This document shows, piece after piece, positions 22,354 to 31,658 of a DNA stretch of 64,000 bases. The notes beneath the pieces are model-generated. The model was given only the letters and a program-made list of their open reading frames with translations, was not told the origin of the DNA and searched no databases. The translations under genes were made by a program, and so were the position numbers. Origin of the DNA: Bacteroidota bacterium (GTDB taxonomy: Bacteria > Bacteroidota > Bacteroidia > UKL13-3); contig CANGPW010000001.1 of assembly GCA_947456185.1 (NCBI GenBank), positions 17,884 to 81,883 of the forward strand, written 5' to 3'. How positions within the stretch are numbered: the first letter of the stretch is position 1; each line of letters begins with the position of its first letter.

Positions 22354-22521
22354 TTTTAATTGCTTATTTATTGCATAGCAATTAAATTATTTTTTATGAA
22401 TTTGGTAAAATTAAATTCCTAATTATTCGCATAAATTTTGAGTGTTTAAACCTGTATCAATATAAATTTTCTGCCAAAATAGTGCTTTGCTTTGCTAGTT
22501 TTTTTTTAGTTATTTGCCAAT

Positions 22522-23664
22522 ATGCAATTTAAAAATATTGTAGGTCAAAAAACCTTAATAAACAAACTAATACAAACCACCAGAGATGGCCGAATAAGCC
22601 ATGCCCAAATGTTTTTAGGAGCAGAAGGAAGTGGAAATTTAGCTTTGGCCATTGCGTATGCACAATATGTAAATTGTTTAAATCAACAAGAAACGGATAG
22701 TTGTGGAATTTGTTCTAGTTGTGTAAAATATCAAAAATATATTCATCCCGATTTGCATTTTACATTTCCTACAATATCACCAATCAAATTATGCATTGAT
22801 GTATTGTCGGAATATAGAGAAGCACTAATCCGAAATCCTTACATGAACGATTTTGATTGGATATGTAATTTGGATAGTGCTGGAAATAAACAAGGAAATA
22901 TTACTGCTGAAGAGTGCCGAGATATAATCAGAAAATTAAGCCTAAAAGCATACGAAGCAAAGTTTAAAACTTTAATTATTTGGATGCCCGAATACATGAA
23001 AACAGAAGGCAATATTATTTTAAAACTTTTGGAAGAACCACCTGAAAACACCTTGATTATTTTAGTGGCCAATGATAGTGAAAAAGTAATAGCTACTATT
23101 TTATCAAGGGCCCAATTAATAAAAGTTCCGCAAGTATTAGATGAAGATATTGTAAATAATTTAGTTCAAAATTATCAAATAGAAAGTAACAAAGCGCAAG
23201 CAATAGCAAGGTTAGTAAGTGGAAATTATAACTTAGCATTGAGTTTAATCGACTTGGAGCATGGCGATTATTTGAATTTGTTTATTGAATGGATGCGAAA
23301 GTCGTTTGCCTATAAAAAAGATATTAAAATTGGACAGCAGGATGAGTTAACAATATTAATTGAAAAGCTTTCAATGGTTGGTCGCGAGCAAGTAAAAAGT
23401 TTTTTAACTTACAGTAGTCAAATGATTCGTTCTGCATTTATTTATAAATTTGGTCATCCTTCATTAAGGAAAAATTCACCGGAAGAATTGGCTTTTTTAA
23501 ATCAGTTCAGTGTGGTTTTTACACCAGATAATTTAGCATTGATAACCACCGCAATTGACGAAGCAATTTTTCATGTGGAGCGAAATGCAAGTGTGAAAAT
23601 TATGTATTTAAATCTTTCTATGTATATTGGCAAACATTTACAAATAATAAATTCTAAAAATTAA
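22522..23664 (+). CDS. holB: DNA polymerase III subunit delta'
   Basis: HAQMF, CGICSSC Zn motif, HPDLHF and LKLLEEPP. Confidence 0.92.
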   Translation: MQFKNIVGQKTLINKLIQTTRDGRISHAQMFLGAEGSGNLALAIAYAQYVNCLNQQETDSCGICSSCVKYQKYIHPDLHFTFPTISPIKLCIDVLSEYREALIRNPYMNDFDWICNLDSAGNKQGNITAEECRDIIRKLSLKAYEAKFKTLIIWMPEYMKTEGNIILKLLEEPPENTLIILVANDSEKVIATILSRAQLIKVPQVLDEDIVNNLVQNYQIESNKAQAIARLVSGNYNLALSLIDLEHGDYLNLFIEWMRKSFAYKKDIKIGQQDELTILIEKLSMVGREQVKSFLTYSSQMIRSAFIYKFGHPSLRKNSPEELAFLNQFSVVFTPDNLALITTAIDEAIFHVERNASVKIMYLNLSMYIGKHLQIINSKN

Positions 23665-23774
23665 GTTATTTATTAGTAATATTTGTAATATAATTCAGGG
23701 TTTTTATTTGTGTTAAATAATACCCTAAAACTAATTTTTTTAAAGTTCAATTATTTAAAATATATAAATAATAA

Positions 23775-25070
23775 ATGGGATGTTCAAGCGGAGGATGTAG
23801 CACAGGTGGCTGCTCTAGCGGTGGTTGCAGCACAGGTGGCTGCAATAAATTAAATACATACGATTGGTTAAGTGATTTGGTAATGCCACCTCAAACCAAA
23901 CCTTTTGATGTAGTAGAAGTAAGTTTTAAAGGCACTAGAAAAGAGTACTTTAGAAACAATAATTTGGATATAACCAATGGCGATTTTGTAATTGTAGAAT
24001 TAGAAAATGGTTATGATTTTGGTAAAGTAAATTTAAAAGGAGAACTAGTAAAACTACAATTAAAGAAAGTAGGATTAACTCCCGATAGTACTCATATTCG
24101 TAAAATTATTCGCAGGGCAAACGACACTGATATTGCAAAGCACAAGGAAAATAAAGAATTAGAAATTCCTACCATGTTTAAGGCCAGAACTCATGCTTTG
24201 GAGTTAGGTTTAAACATGAAATTAAGTGATGTAGAATACCAAGGTGATAAGCGAAAAGCTATTTTTTATTACACGGCCGAGGACAGGGTTGATTTTAGAG
24301 AATTGATAAAAAAACTGGCCGATGAGTTTAAAGTTCGTGTAGAAATGAAACAAATTGGCTACCGCCAAGAAGCGGGACGGCTTGGTGCTATTGGTAGTTG
24401 CGGACGAGAACTTTGCTGCAGTACTTGGCTTACCGATTTTAAAATGGTTCATATCAATGCCGCGCGTTACCAAAATTTATCTATTAATCAGTTAAAACTT
24501 TCTGGCCAATGTGGTAAATTAAAATGCTGCTTAAACTTTGAGTTAGATGTGTACCAAGAATCGTTAAAAGATTTTCCTGAAAAAGATAATAACATCATTG
24601 AATTTGCTGGTGACTTGCGTTACAAACAAGTGAAAATTGATATTTTAAAACGCATGTTGTTTTTTGCGCCAATGGGCGAAGCAAATGGCGATTGGTTAGA
24701 GTTAAGTGTAGAAAAAGCCAAGGAATATATTAGCCAAAACAGAGACGGCATAAAACCAGAATTGGTGATAAAACCAAAAGTTGAATTAAAGAAAGTAATA
24801 GAACTTGACTTTAAAAACGACATGGGAATGGATAGTTTAACTCGTTTGGACGATAATAAAAAACGAAATAACAACAATAAAAACAACCGCAATAAAAACA
24901 ATAATCCAAATCAGAACAGACCGCCACTAGCTATTGTGAACGCTAATGAAAACAAACCTTTGGATAATAATACTGTAAACACTAATCAAAATAATAAGCC
25001 TAAGTTTAATAAAAACAGGAATAATAGAAATAAACCTAATTTACCAAAGCCAGATGATAAAAAGGAGTAA
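23775..25070 (+). CDS. ricT: PSP1-domain / RicT (YaaT) family protein
   Basis: FYYTAEDRVDFRELIK, GSCGRELCC and GQCGKLKCCL motifs; follows holB. Confidence 0.9.
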   Translation: MGCSSGGCSTGGCSSGGCSTGGCNKLNTYDWLSDLVMPPQTKPFDVVEVSFKGTRKEYFRNNNLDITNGDFVIVELENGYDFGKVNLKGELVKLQLKKVGLTPDSTHIRKIIRRANDTDIAKHKENKELEIPTMFKARTHALELGLNMKLSDVEYQGDKRKAIFYYTAEDRVDFRELIKKLADEFKVRVEMKQIGYRQEAGRLGAIGSCGRELCCSTWLTDFKMVHINAARYQNLSINQLKLSGQCGKLKCCLNFELDVYQESLKDFPEKDNNIIEFAGDLRYKQVKIDILKRMLFFAPMGEANGDWLELSVEKAKEYISQNRDGIKPELVIKPKVELKKVIELDFKNDMGMDSLTRLDDNKKRNNNNKNNRNKNNNPNQNRPPLAIVNANENKPLDNNTVNTNQNNKPKFNKNRNNRNKPNLPKPDDKKE

Positions 25071-25554
25071 ATATATTCTATCAATTTTTGTATTTGTGTT
25101 GGTTTCATTTTGTTTTGGAGCCTGCGGAAATGCGCCAATTTTTGATGAAAACAAAGAAATTGCGGAATATAAATGGGATTTTAAAGCGCCAATTAACTTT
25201 GATATAAATATAAAAGATACCAATAAATACTGCAATGTGTTTATCAATTTTCGTATCAATGGCGATTATAAATACAGTAATTTTTTTATGTGGGTTCATG
25301 AAACTTTACCCGATAAAACTGTTACAAAAGAAAGAGTAGAGTTTATATTAGCCGATGATAAAGGAAAATGGCAAGGGAAAGGTTTAGGCGATATTTACGC
25401 TTACCAATTACAATACAAACCTCGTATAAAATTTAAACAAGCTGGAATTTATAGTTATAGTTTAGAGCAAAATATGCGCGATGATATTTTAGAAAATGTA
25501 GTAAGCGCTGGTGTTCGTGTTGAATTTTGGACTCCAGAATCCAAAGCTTGGTAA
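25054..25554 (+). CDS. gldH: Gliding motility lipoprotein GldH
   Basis: Lipobox FGAC; YKYSN, LADDKGKWQGKG and EQNMR motifs; usual position after the PSP1 gene. Confidence 0.9.
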   Translation: MIKRSKYILSIFVFVLVSFCFGACGNAPIFDENKEIAEYKWDFKAPINFDINIKDTNKYCNVFINFRINGDYKYSNFFMWVHETLPDKTVTKERVEFILADDKGKWQGKGLGDIYAYQLQYKPRIKFKQAGIYSYSLEQNMRDDILENVVSAGVRVEFWTPESKAW

Positions 25555-25563
25555 TTAAATACT

Positions 25564-25869
25564 ATGAAAAAAGAACAGTTTGAAAGCATTACTCAATGGC
25601 AAGATGAAACATTTAAAAAAGCAACTGCTTTATCAAAAATGGCTCACTTATCAGAAGAAATGGAAGAATTAGTTTCTGATTTAAAAAACAATAGTGACAA
25701 TAAAAGAATGGAATTTGCCGATTGTTTTATTTTATTATTTGGTGCCGCTGCTTCCGATGGAATGAGCTATGAAGATATTTGCAATGCAATAGACGAAAAA
25801 ATGGAAATAAACTTTAACAGAAAATGGGGTAAACCTAATGATGATGGAGTAGTAAACCATATTAGATAA
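25564..25869 (+). CDS. All-alpha NTP pyrophosphohydrolase (DUF550 / MazG-like)
   Basis: WQDETF, HLSEEMEEL, EFADC and KMEINFNRKW match the MazG-type EExxE...ExxD pattern. Confidence 0.8.
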   Translation: MKKEQFESITQWQDETFKKATALSKMAHLSEEMEELVSDLKNNSDNKRMEFADCFILLFGAAASDGMSYEDICNAIDEKMEINFNRKWGKPNDDGVVNHIR

Positions 25870-25876
25870 TAATATT

Positions 25877-25915
25877 AAAACAAAAAAAGCTGCCATTGGC
25901 AGCTTTTTTTGTTTT
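25877..25915. terminator. Bidirectional terminator
   Basis: AAAAAAAGCTGCCA-T-TGGCAGCTTTTTTT between convergent genes. Confidence 0.8.
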
Positions 25916-25925
25916 TTATCGACTA

Positions 25926-27821
25926 CTAATAAGCTCTTGCATCGCTTCCTTCGTAATAATTCATGAATGCTTTGTTTACTACTTTATTTCCTCCTGGAGT
26001 TGGATAATTCCCACTAAAATACCAATCGCCAGTATGATTTGGACAAGCTATATGTAAATTTTCAATGGTTTGATAAATTACTTGAACACTTGCTGTTATT
26101 TCTGGCGGAGTAACAATGATTGATATTTGAGCAGAAATTTCTTCTTCTGTAAACAGTGAATACAATTCTATCAAATAGTTTTTCATTTCTTCTTTTGGTA
26201 AATTTTCTTGCGCTTTACATTTTTTGTAAACTTCGTCAATTTTCTTTTCAAGTTTACGTTCTTTAATGAGCGCTATCATTGCCTGAAAGGCAACAAAATC
26301 TTTCAATTTACTCATGTCTATTCCATAACAATCAGGGTAACGAATTTGCGGAGCAGAAGAAATAATGATTATTTTTTTAGGATGTAACCTGTCTAAAATT
26401 CTAAGAATAGATGTTTTTAAAGTGGTACCACGAACTATTGAATCGTCAATGACTACAAGCGTGTCTTCATGGTTTTTTACTATGCCGTAAGTAACATCGT
26501 AAACATGAGCAACCATGTCTTCACGGTTATTATCATTGGTAATAAAAGTACGCAGTTTTGCATCTTTTACAGCTACTCTTTCTCTGCGAGGGCGCACTGC
26601 TAAAATGGTTTTAAGTTGTGCCTCGTTTATTTCAGAACCAATTTTTTTTATCTGTTCAATTTTATGAATATTTAATAAATCATTGATTCCGTCTATCATT
26701 CCATAAAACGAAACAGCGGCAGTATTTGGAATAAAACTAAAAACAGTGTTTTCAAAATCATTATTTACTGCTTGCATAATTTTATTAGCCAATAAATAAC
26801 CCAATTGCTTGCGCTCTTTGTAAATGTCTTTATCGTTTCCACGGCTAAAATAAATGCGTTCAAATGAACAACTTTTACTTTCGCCTGGAGGAGTAATATT
26901 TACTTCGCTAATAGTTCCGTTACGTTTAATAATTAATGCATTTCCACGGCCTAATTCTTTGATATCTCTCACTGGAATATTGAACCCAGTTTGAATAGCA
27001 GGACGTTCACTTGTTACCACTGCTATTTCATCATCACAATAATAAAAACATGGTCGAATTCCGTTTGGATCTCGAACAACAAAAGCATCGCCATGGCCAA
27101 TTAAACCAGCCATTACATAACCTCCATCTGCATCGCGAAGCGCACGTTTCAAAATGTTTTCTACGTTTAATTCTTCAGCTATCATATTTGAAATATGTTG
27201 ATTGCTGTGTCCTTCTATTTTGTAACGGGTAAAAAGTCGTTGGTTTTCTTCATCAATAAAATGACCAAATTTTTCCAACATGGTAACGGTATCTGCTCTT
27301 TCGCTTGGGTGCTGGCCAAGGCCAACTAATACGTCAAAAAGTTCATCAACATTGGTTAAATTAAAGTTACCCGCAAGCATTAAATTACGGCTCATCCAAT
27401 TGTTTTCACGAATAAAAGGATGGCATAAATCTACGCTGTTTCCGCCATGGGTTCCATAACGCAAATGACCTAACAATAACTCGCCCATAAAAGGAACATG
27501 TGAACGCAAATAATCTGTATCGTTTAATTGTTCTTTGTTGCCGGCTTTGGTAATTTTTTTATTTACTTTTTCAAATATTTCTGCAATGGCGTTACTGCCA
27601 TTTGCTCGTTGGCGGTTGATGTAATTTTCGCCTGGTTTTACGTTAATTTTTATGGTTCCAACTCCCGCACCATCTTGGCCTCGGTTTTGTTGTTTTTCCA
27701 TTAAAAGATAAAGACGTTTTAAGCCATAAAGAGCTGAACCATATTTTTCTTGGTAAAAACTCATTGGTTTAAGCAGGCGAATAAGGGCTATTCCGCACTC
27801 GTGTTTGATTGAATCACTCAT
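25926..27821 (-). CDS. purF: Amidophosphoribosyltransferase
   Basis: HECG N-terminal Cys, QNRGQD, GHLRYGT, CSFERIYFSR and VIDDSIVRGTT motifs. Confidence 0.95.
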   Translation of the reverse strand: MSDSIKHECGIALIRLLKPMSFYQEKYGSALYGLKRLYLLMEKQQNRGQDGAGVGTIKINVKPGENYINRQRANGSNAIAEIFEKVNKKITKAGNKEQLNDTDYLRSHVPFMGELLLGHLRYGTHGGNSVDLCHPFIRENNWMSRNLMLAGNFNLTNVDELFDVLVGLGQHPSERADTVTMLEKFGHFIDEENQRLFTRYKIEGHSNQHISNMIAEELNVENILKRALRDADGGYVMAGLIGHGDAFVVRDPNGIRPCFYYCDDEIAVVTSERPAIQTGFNIPVRDIKELGRGNALIIKRNGTISEVNITPPGESKSCSFERIYFSRGNDKDIYKERKQLGYLLANKIMQAVNNDFENTVFSFIPNTAAVSFYGMIDGINDLLNIHKIEQIKKIGSEINEAQLKTILAVRPRRERVAVKDAKLRTFITNDNNREDMVAHVYDVTYGIVKNHEDTLVVIDDSIVRGTTLKTSILRILDRLHPKKIIIISSAPQIRYPDCYGIDMSKLKDFVAFQAMIALIKERKLEKKIDEVYKKCKAQENLPKEEMKNYLIELYSLFTEEEISAQISIIVTPPEITASVQVIYQTIENLHIACPNHTGDWYFSGNYPTPGGNKVVNKAFMNYYEGSDARAY

Positions 27822-27938
27822 AAAAGTATGGGCAAAAGTAAGTGATTATTTTAAAACAATTACTTTTTTATGTTTTAAAATTACTATTTTTAAACATAAA
27901 AAAAGCCTTGAATGTATAACAAAAAAGGCTTTTAAATT

Positions 27939-30542
27939 TTAATTAAAACCTATCGATTTTCTTGCTTCAGGAATATTGGTATCAATCTTAAATTCTAAAA
28001 CATCATCTAAAACCAATTCAAAAATCATTTCTGAAGTTCGTTCAGTTGCAGGAATTTTTGCTAACCTTAAATGTTGATTTTTAATGGCTTCTTCCACTAC
28101 TTTTCTAATACTTCGGGCATTTCCAAAAAATTTATTCCTAGTATTATACATCGATTCGCTGAAAGCCTTTAGGTGATTTGAGGCTTCCTCAGTTGGTTTA
28201 ATGGCATTATTGTCAAGCATTTTTATTGCTATTTCATGTAATTGCAAAGCATCATAATCTTCAAACTGCATTTCTCTGTCGAACCTACTGTTTAATCCAG
28301 GATTGCTTTCTAAAAAATGCTTCATGTTATCGGTATAACCAGCTACAATAACAATAATATCACCTCTTGCATCTTCCATTTTTTTTAAAATAGTTTCTAC
28401 TGCTTCTTTTCCAAAATCATTTTCACCACCTTCACTCAAAGCATACGCTTCGTCAATAAACAAAACACCACCCATTGCTTTGTTCAAAACTGCGTTGGTT
28501 TTTAATGCAGTTTGACCCACAAATCCGCCCACTAAATCTTGTCTATCGCATTCTACCAAATTACCTCTTTCTAAAATTCCTAAGGCTTTATAAATTTGTG
28601 CTAAAATACGTGCCACGGTGGTTTTACCTGTTCCCGGATTTCCAGTAAAAACAGTATGTAACGAAAAAGATTGTCGAACATCTTTACCTATTTCTCTATA
28701 AAAACGAACTAATTTTACCAATTCGTCTATTTCATTTTTTACCTTTTTTAATCCTATTAAACTATGTAAAACTTGAAGCGATGACAACAATAATTCTTCG
28801 TCAATTGGAATATCAGTAATTGATTTGTGTTTAATGCCAAATACTTTTTCAATATCTACTGTTTCTATTGTACTTAATATATCATTACTCAATTCGCTAG
28901 GGTTTGGCGATTGCATTAAGCGCAAACCCATATTCATTTTACATTCGTCAATTAAGTTATTTACATAACGCGCATTTCCAAACATTCTATCTCTATCGCG
29001 GTAGGCATCTACCAGTTTTTTGAACATCAATTCCTTTGAAAATTCATTGAATTTGATACCTCTTTTTTGAGTTGAATATTCAGCAATTAAAAGTAATTCT
29101 TTAGGCAAATAATCTGGAAAATCGTAAAACATTTGGAACCTACTTTTCATTCCAGGATTGCTTTCTAAAAAGTTATTCATTTCATCGGGATAGCCTGCGG
29201 CAATAATTGCTATATCGCCATCACCGTCACTCATTTCTTTCAGTAAAATTTCAATGGCCTCTTTACCAAAATCCTTGCTGTCATCGTTTTTGCGTGCTAA
29301 AGCATAAGCCTCATCTATGAATAAAATGCCACCTTTTGCACGTTTGATAATTTCCTTGGTTTTTGGTGCCGTTTGACCAATGTATTCTGCTACTAAATCA
29401 CTTCTATCGGCCTCTATTACATGTCCTTTACTTAACAAACCAAGTTGCAAATATATTTTGCCAAGCATTTTGGCAACAGTTGTTTTACCCGTTCCCGGGT
29501 TCCCTGTAAAAATCGCGTGTAAGTTTATTTTTTCAGAGTCATCAAAGCCTTTTTCTTTCCTTATTTTTAAAAAATTTAAATAAGTGGTGTATTCTTTTAT
29601 TTTCTTTTTTATTGAGTCAAGACCAATTAAATGATCAAGCTCCAGCATAATATTTTCAATATTTTCAGGAGTTGGTTCTGCTTCAATTACTTTGATTGTT
29701 TGTTTAGCTTTAGCTTTTATTTCTTTTACTTTTTGTTCAATCAAAAACTCGTTTCCCACATCAAACAAAATACTAGCTACCAATTGGTCCATAAAAATTA
29801 CCTCAATGGTATAATAATCTAAGCCCCAAGTTCCTTTTAAATCATTTCCCCAGCCAATGCTGCATTCAAATGCTGGTTCAATTGGATCCACAAAAATTAT
29901 TTTTTCAACTGAACCTTTTAATTGACCCGAACGGGTTTTAAAGTTAAACTTTAACTCACAAGGCCATTTTTCTTCAACTTTCACTAAGTTTTCTGCTACC
30001 ATTTCAAGCCAAACATACCTTGTTTCTTTAGTATCAAAAGCACTTAAGTAATTACGTTCTGCTTTTGGAATATTGGTTTCAGTTCCTTCATAAAGTTTGT
30101 TGGTTTTTATTTTGAAATAAGGATTTTCGGTTTCTGTAACTATACCAATATCTAAAATATAAAATGATTTTTCTGCAATAAATACGCCATCTACCCATGC
30201 TTCCCATCGATAACTCCCTTTTTTCCAAAAAGTACCAGCGCTTTTTACACCCCAACCTTCTCTAATATATACAATGTTTTCGTCCTTCTTTATCGTTCTA
30301 TCAGCAGTAAGTGTGCAAATTTCTGAGCTGTCGTCTTGTTTGATACACTTTAAACTTATTTTTACATCCCATTCTTTTTCATCAAATAATTTATTGAAAA
30401 AAGAAAGTTCACAATAAATAAAAGTGCATTCAGAAAGATCATAAACTTGTCTGTATTTTTTTTCGTTATTCGCTAACCATTCAGTACTACCAAATATTTT
30501 TAAGTCGCGATACTTGTAATTTACTACTTTATCTTTTGCCAT
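27939..30542 (-). CDS. Tandem AAA+ ATPase (SpoVK/CbxX/EccA-like) with duplicated N-terminal domain
   Basis: Two FTGNPGTGKTTVA Walker A, two LFIDEAY Walker B, two SNPG..SRF and two FGNAR motifs. Confidence 0.9.
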   Translation of the reverse strand: MAKDKVVNYKYRDLKIFGSTEWLANNEKKYRQVYDLSECTFIYCELSFFNKLFDEKEWDVKISLKCIKQDDSSEICTLTADRTIKKDENIVYIREGWGVKSAGTFWKKGSYRWEAWVDGVFIAEKSFYILDIGIVTETENPYFKIKTNKLYEGTETNIPKAERNYLSAFDTKETRYVWLEMVAENLVKVEEKWPCELKFNFKTRSGQLKGSVEKIIFVDPIEPAFECSIGWGNDLKGTWGLDYYTIEVIFMDQLVASILFDVGNEFLIEQKVKEIKAKAKQTIKVIEAEPTPENIENIMLELDHLIGLDSIKKKIKEYTTYLNFLKIRKEKGFDDSEKINLHAIFTGNPGTGKTTVAKMLGKIYLQLGLLSKGHVIEADRSDLVAEYIGQTAPKTKEIIKRAKGGILFIDEAYALARKNDDSKDFGKEAIEILLKEMSDGDGDIAIIAAGYPDEMNNFLESNPGMKSRFQMFYDFPDYLPKELLLIAEYSTQKRGIKFNEFSKELMFKKLVDAYRDRDRMFGNARYVNNLIDECKMNMGLRLMQSPNPSELSNDILSTIETVDIEKVFGIKHKSITDIPIDEELLLSSLQVLHSLIGLKKVKNEIDELVKLVRFYREIGKDVRQSFSLHTVFTGNPGTGKTTVARILAQIYKALGILERGNLVECDRQDLVGGFVGQTALKTNAVLNKAMGGVLFIDEAYALSEGGENDFGKEAVETILKKMEDARGDIIVIVAGYTDNMKHFLESNPGLNSRFDREMQFEDYDALQLHEIAIKMLDNNAIKPTEEASNHLKAFSESMYNTRNKFFGNARSIRKVVEEAIKNQHLRLAKIPATERTSEMIFELVLDDVLEFKIDTNIPEARKSIGFN

Positions 30543-30724
30543 GACTAAAGTTTATTTTTTGCTAATTAACGAACAATTTTAATGCATATTATTATTGGAA
30601 ATTGATGAAATATTAATTTTACATGATTGTTACTATAACTAATTAGTATTCAAAGGCTTTTTATTTATTGGCTAAATCATATAAAAGCATTTTAAAAAAT
30701 ATTTCGTAAAAATAAAAGAAAAGT

Positions 30725-30754
30725 TTTGTCGTTTGCTTGAGAATGCTACATTTG
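30725..30754 (+). promoter_or_regulatory. Bacteroidota housekeeping promoter for tRNA-Ser/tRNA-Pro
   Basis: TTTG (30725) followed 18 nt later by TACATTTG (30747), upstream of tRNA-Ser. Confidence 0.7.
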
Positions 30755-30776
30755 CACTCCCTTTTAAAAAGCAATT

Positions 30777-30865
30777 GGTGAGATGGGTGAGCGGCTGAAA
30801 CCACCGGTTTGCTAAACCGACATACGCGTCAAAGTGTATCGAGAGTTCGAATCTCTCTCTCACCG
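30777..30865 (+). tRNA. tRNA-Ser(GCT)
   Basis: Acceptor GGTGAGA/TCTCACC, anticodon loop TT-GCT-AA, long variable arm, GTTCGAATC. Confidence 0.95.
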
Positions 30866-30934
30866 CACAAATTTTTTATAGGGCGAGTAGCAATGCTTAG
30901 TTCAAAAATTTAGCACTTTTGAAAAACTTGCAAA

Positions 30935-31008
30935 CGGGGTGTAGCGTAGCCTGGTATCGCGCCACATTTGGGATGTGGAGGTCGTAGGTTCGAATCCTGC
31001 CACCCCGA
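30935..31008 (+). tRNA. tRNA-Pro(TGG)
   Basis: Acceptor CGGGGTG/CACCCCG, CCACA-TT-TGG-GA-TGTGG anticodon arm, GGTTCGAATCC. Confidence 0.97.
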
Positions 31009-31017
31009 CTTAAAAAG

Positions 31018-31064
31018 CTTAACAGTAATGTTAGGCTTTTTTTATTTTTAAAAAATACAATAAA
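31018..31064 (+). repeat. 47-bp direct repeat copy 1 (includes most of the tRNA terminator hairpin)
   Basis: Identical to 31452-31498. Confidence 0.9.
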
Positions 31065-31065
31065 T

Positions 31066-31107
31066 GTGGAGGTCGTATCATCACGCATGGCATGACTGCC
31101 ACTCTGA
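31066..31107 (+). repeat. tRNA-Pro 3'-half copy 1 with T-loop replaced
   Basis: GTGGAGGTCGTA-[TCATCACGCATGGCATGA]-CTGCCACTCTGA compared with tRNA 30975-31008. Confidence 0.85.
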
Positions 31108-31148
31108 ATCTGTATAATTAAGATTTAAATTTAACAAATAAATATTTT

Positions 31149-31394
31149 ATGAAGTATTTTGTTTACATTATTTTTAGTTTAAAGCTGAACAAATATTATA
31201 CTGGTTTTACAGAAAATTTGGAGATAAGGATAGCTCAACATAATTCAGGTATTAGTACTTTTACATCAAAAGGAATTCCTTGGGAATTGATTTATTTTTT
31301 TGAAGTAAATTCAATTAATGAAGCCCGGATATTGGAAAAAGTAATTAAAGGTCGCGGTGCAAAAAGATTTTTACAAGACAAAAAGATTCTCTAA
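31149..31394 (+). CDS. Small stand-alone GIY-YIG nuclease
   Basis: FVYII...YYTGFT...RIAQHNSG...PWEL...LEKVIK pattern of UPF0213/SLX1-like GIY-YIG proteins. Confidence 0.92.
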   Translation: MKYFVYIIFSLKLNKYYTGFTENLEIRIAQHNSGISTFTSKGIPWELIYFFEVNSINEARILEKVIKGRGAKRFLQDKKIL

Positions 31395-31396
31395 AC

Positions 31397-31435
31397 GTGG
31401 AGGTAGTATCACGCGGTGCGTGACTTCCACCCCGA
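31397..31435 (+). repeat. tRNA-Pro 3'-half copy 2 with T-loop replaced
   Basis: GTGGAGGTAGTA-[TCACGCGGTGCGTGA]-CTTCCACCCCGA, starting 2 nt after the nuclease stop. Confidence 0.85.
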
Positions 31436-31451
31436 TCCTGCAAAAGCAGGA

Positions 31452-31498
31452 CTTAACAGTAATGTTAGGCTTTTTTTATTTTTAAAAAATACAATAAA
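31452..31498 (+). repeat. 47-bp direct repeat copy 2
   Basis: Identical to 31018-31064. Confidence 0.9.
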
Positions 31499-31499
31499 A

Positions 31500-31543
31500 G
31501 TGGAGGTCGTATCACGCAGGGCCTGACGTGACTGCCACCCCGA
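31500..31543 (+). repeat. tRNA-Pro 3'-half copy 3 with T-loop replaced
   Basis: GTGGAGGTCGTA-[TCACGCAGGGCCTGACGTGA]-CTGCCACCCCGA. Confidence 0.85.
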
Positions 31544-31658
31544 TCCTGCAAAAGTTGTTTTTAACTCAAAAGTAAGGCGATCTGTTTTTTTAATAAGAAA
31601 ATTTTACATTTTAGATAATATATTATTTTTATATTTGTTTTTTAAAAATATAAAAATC

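Noticed and set aside
30672..31088. 63-aa minus-strand ORFs
   Set aside because: Antisense to tRNA-Ser and tRNA-Pro
30975..31554. CRISPR array interpretation of the tRNA-derived repeats
   Set aside because: Units are tRNA fragments at irregular spacing, one spacer is duplicated, and no cas genes are present
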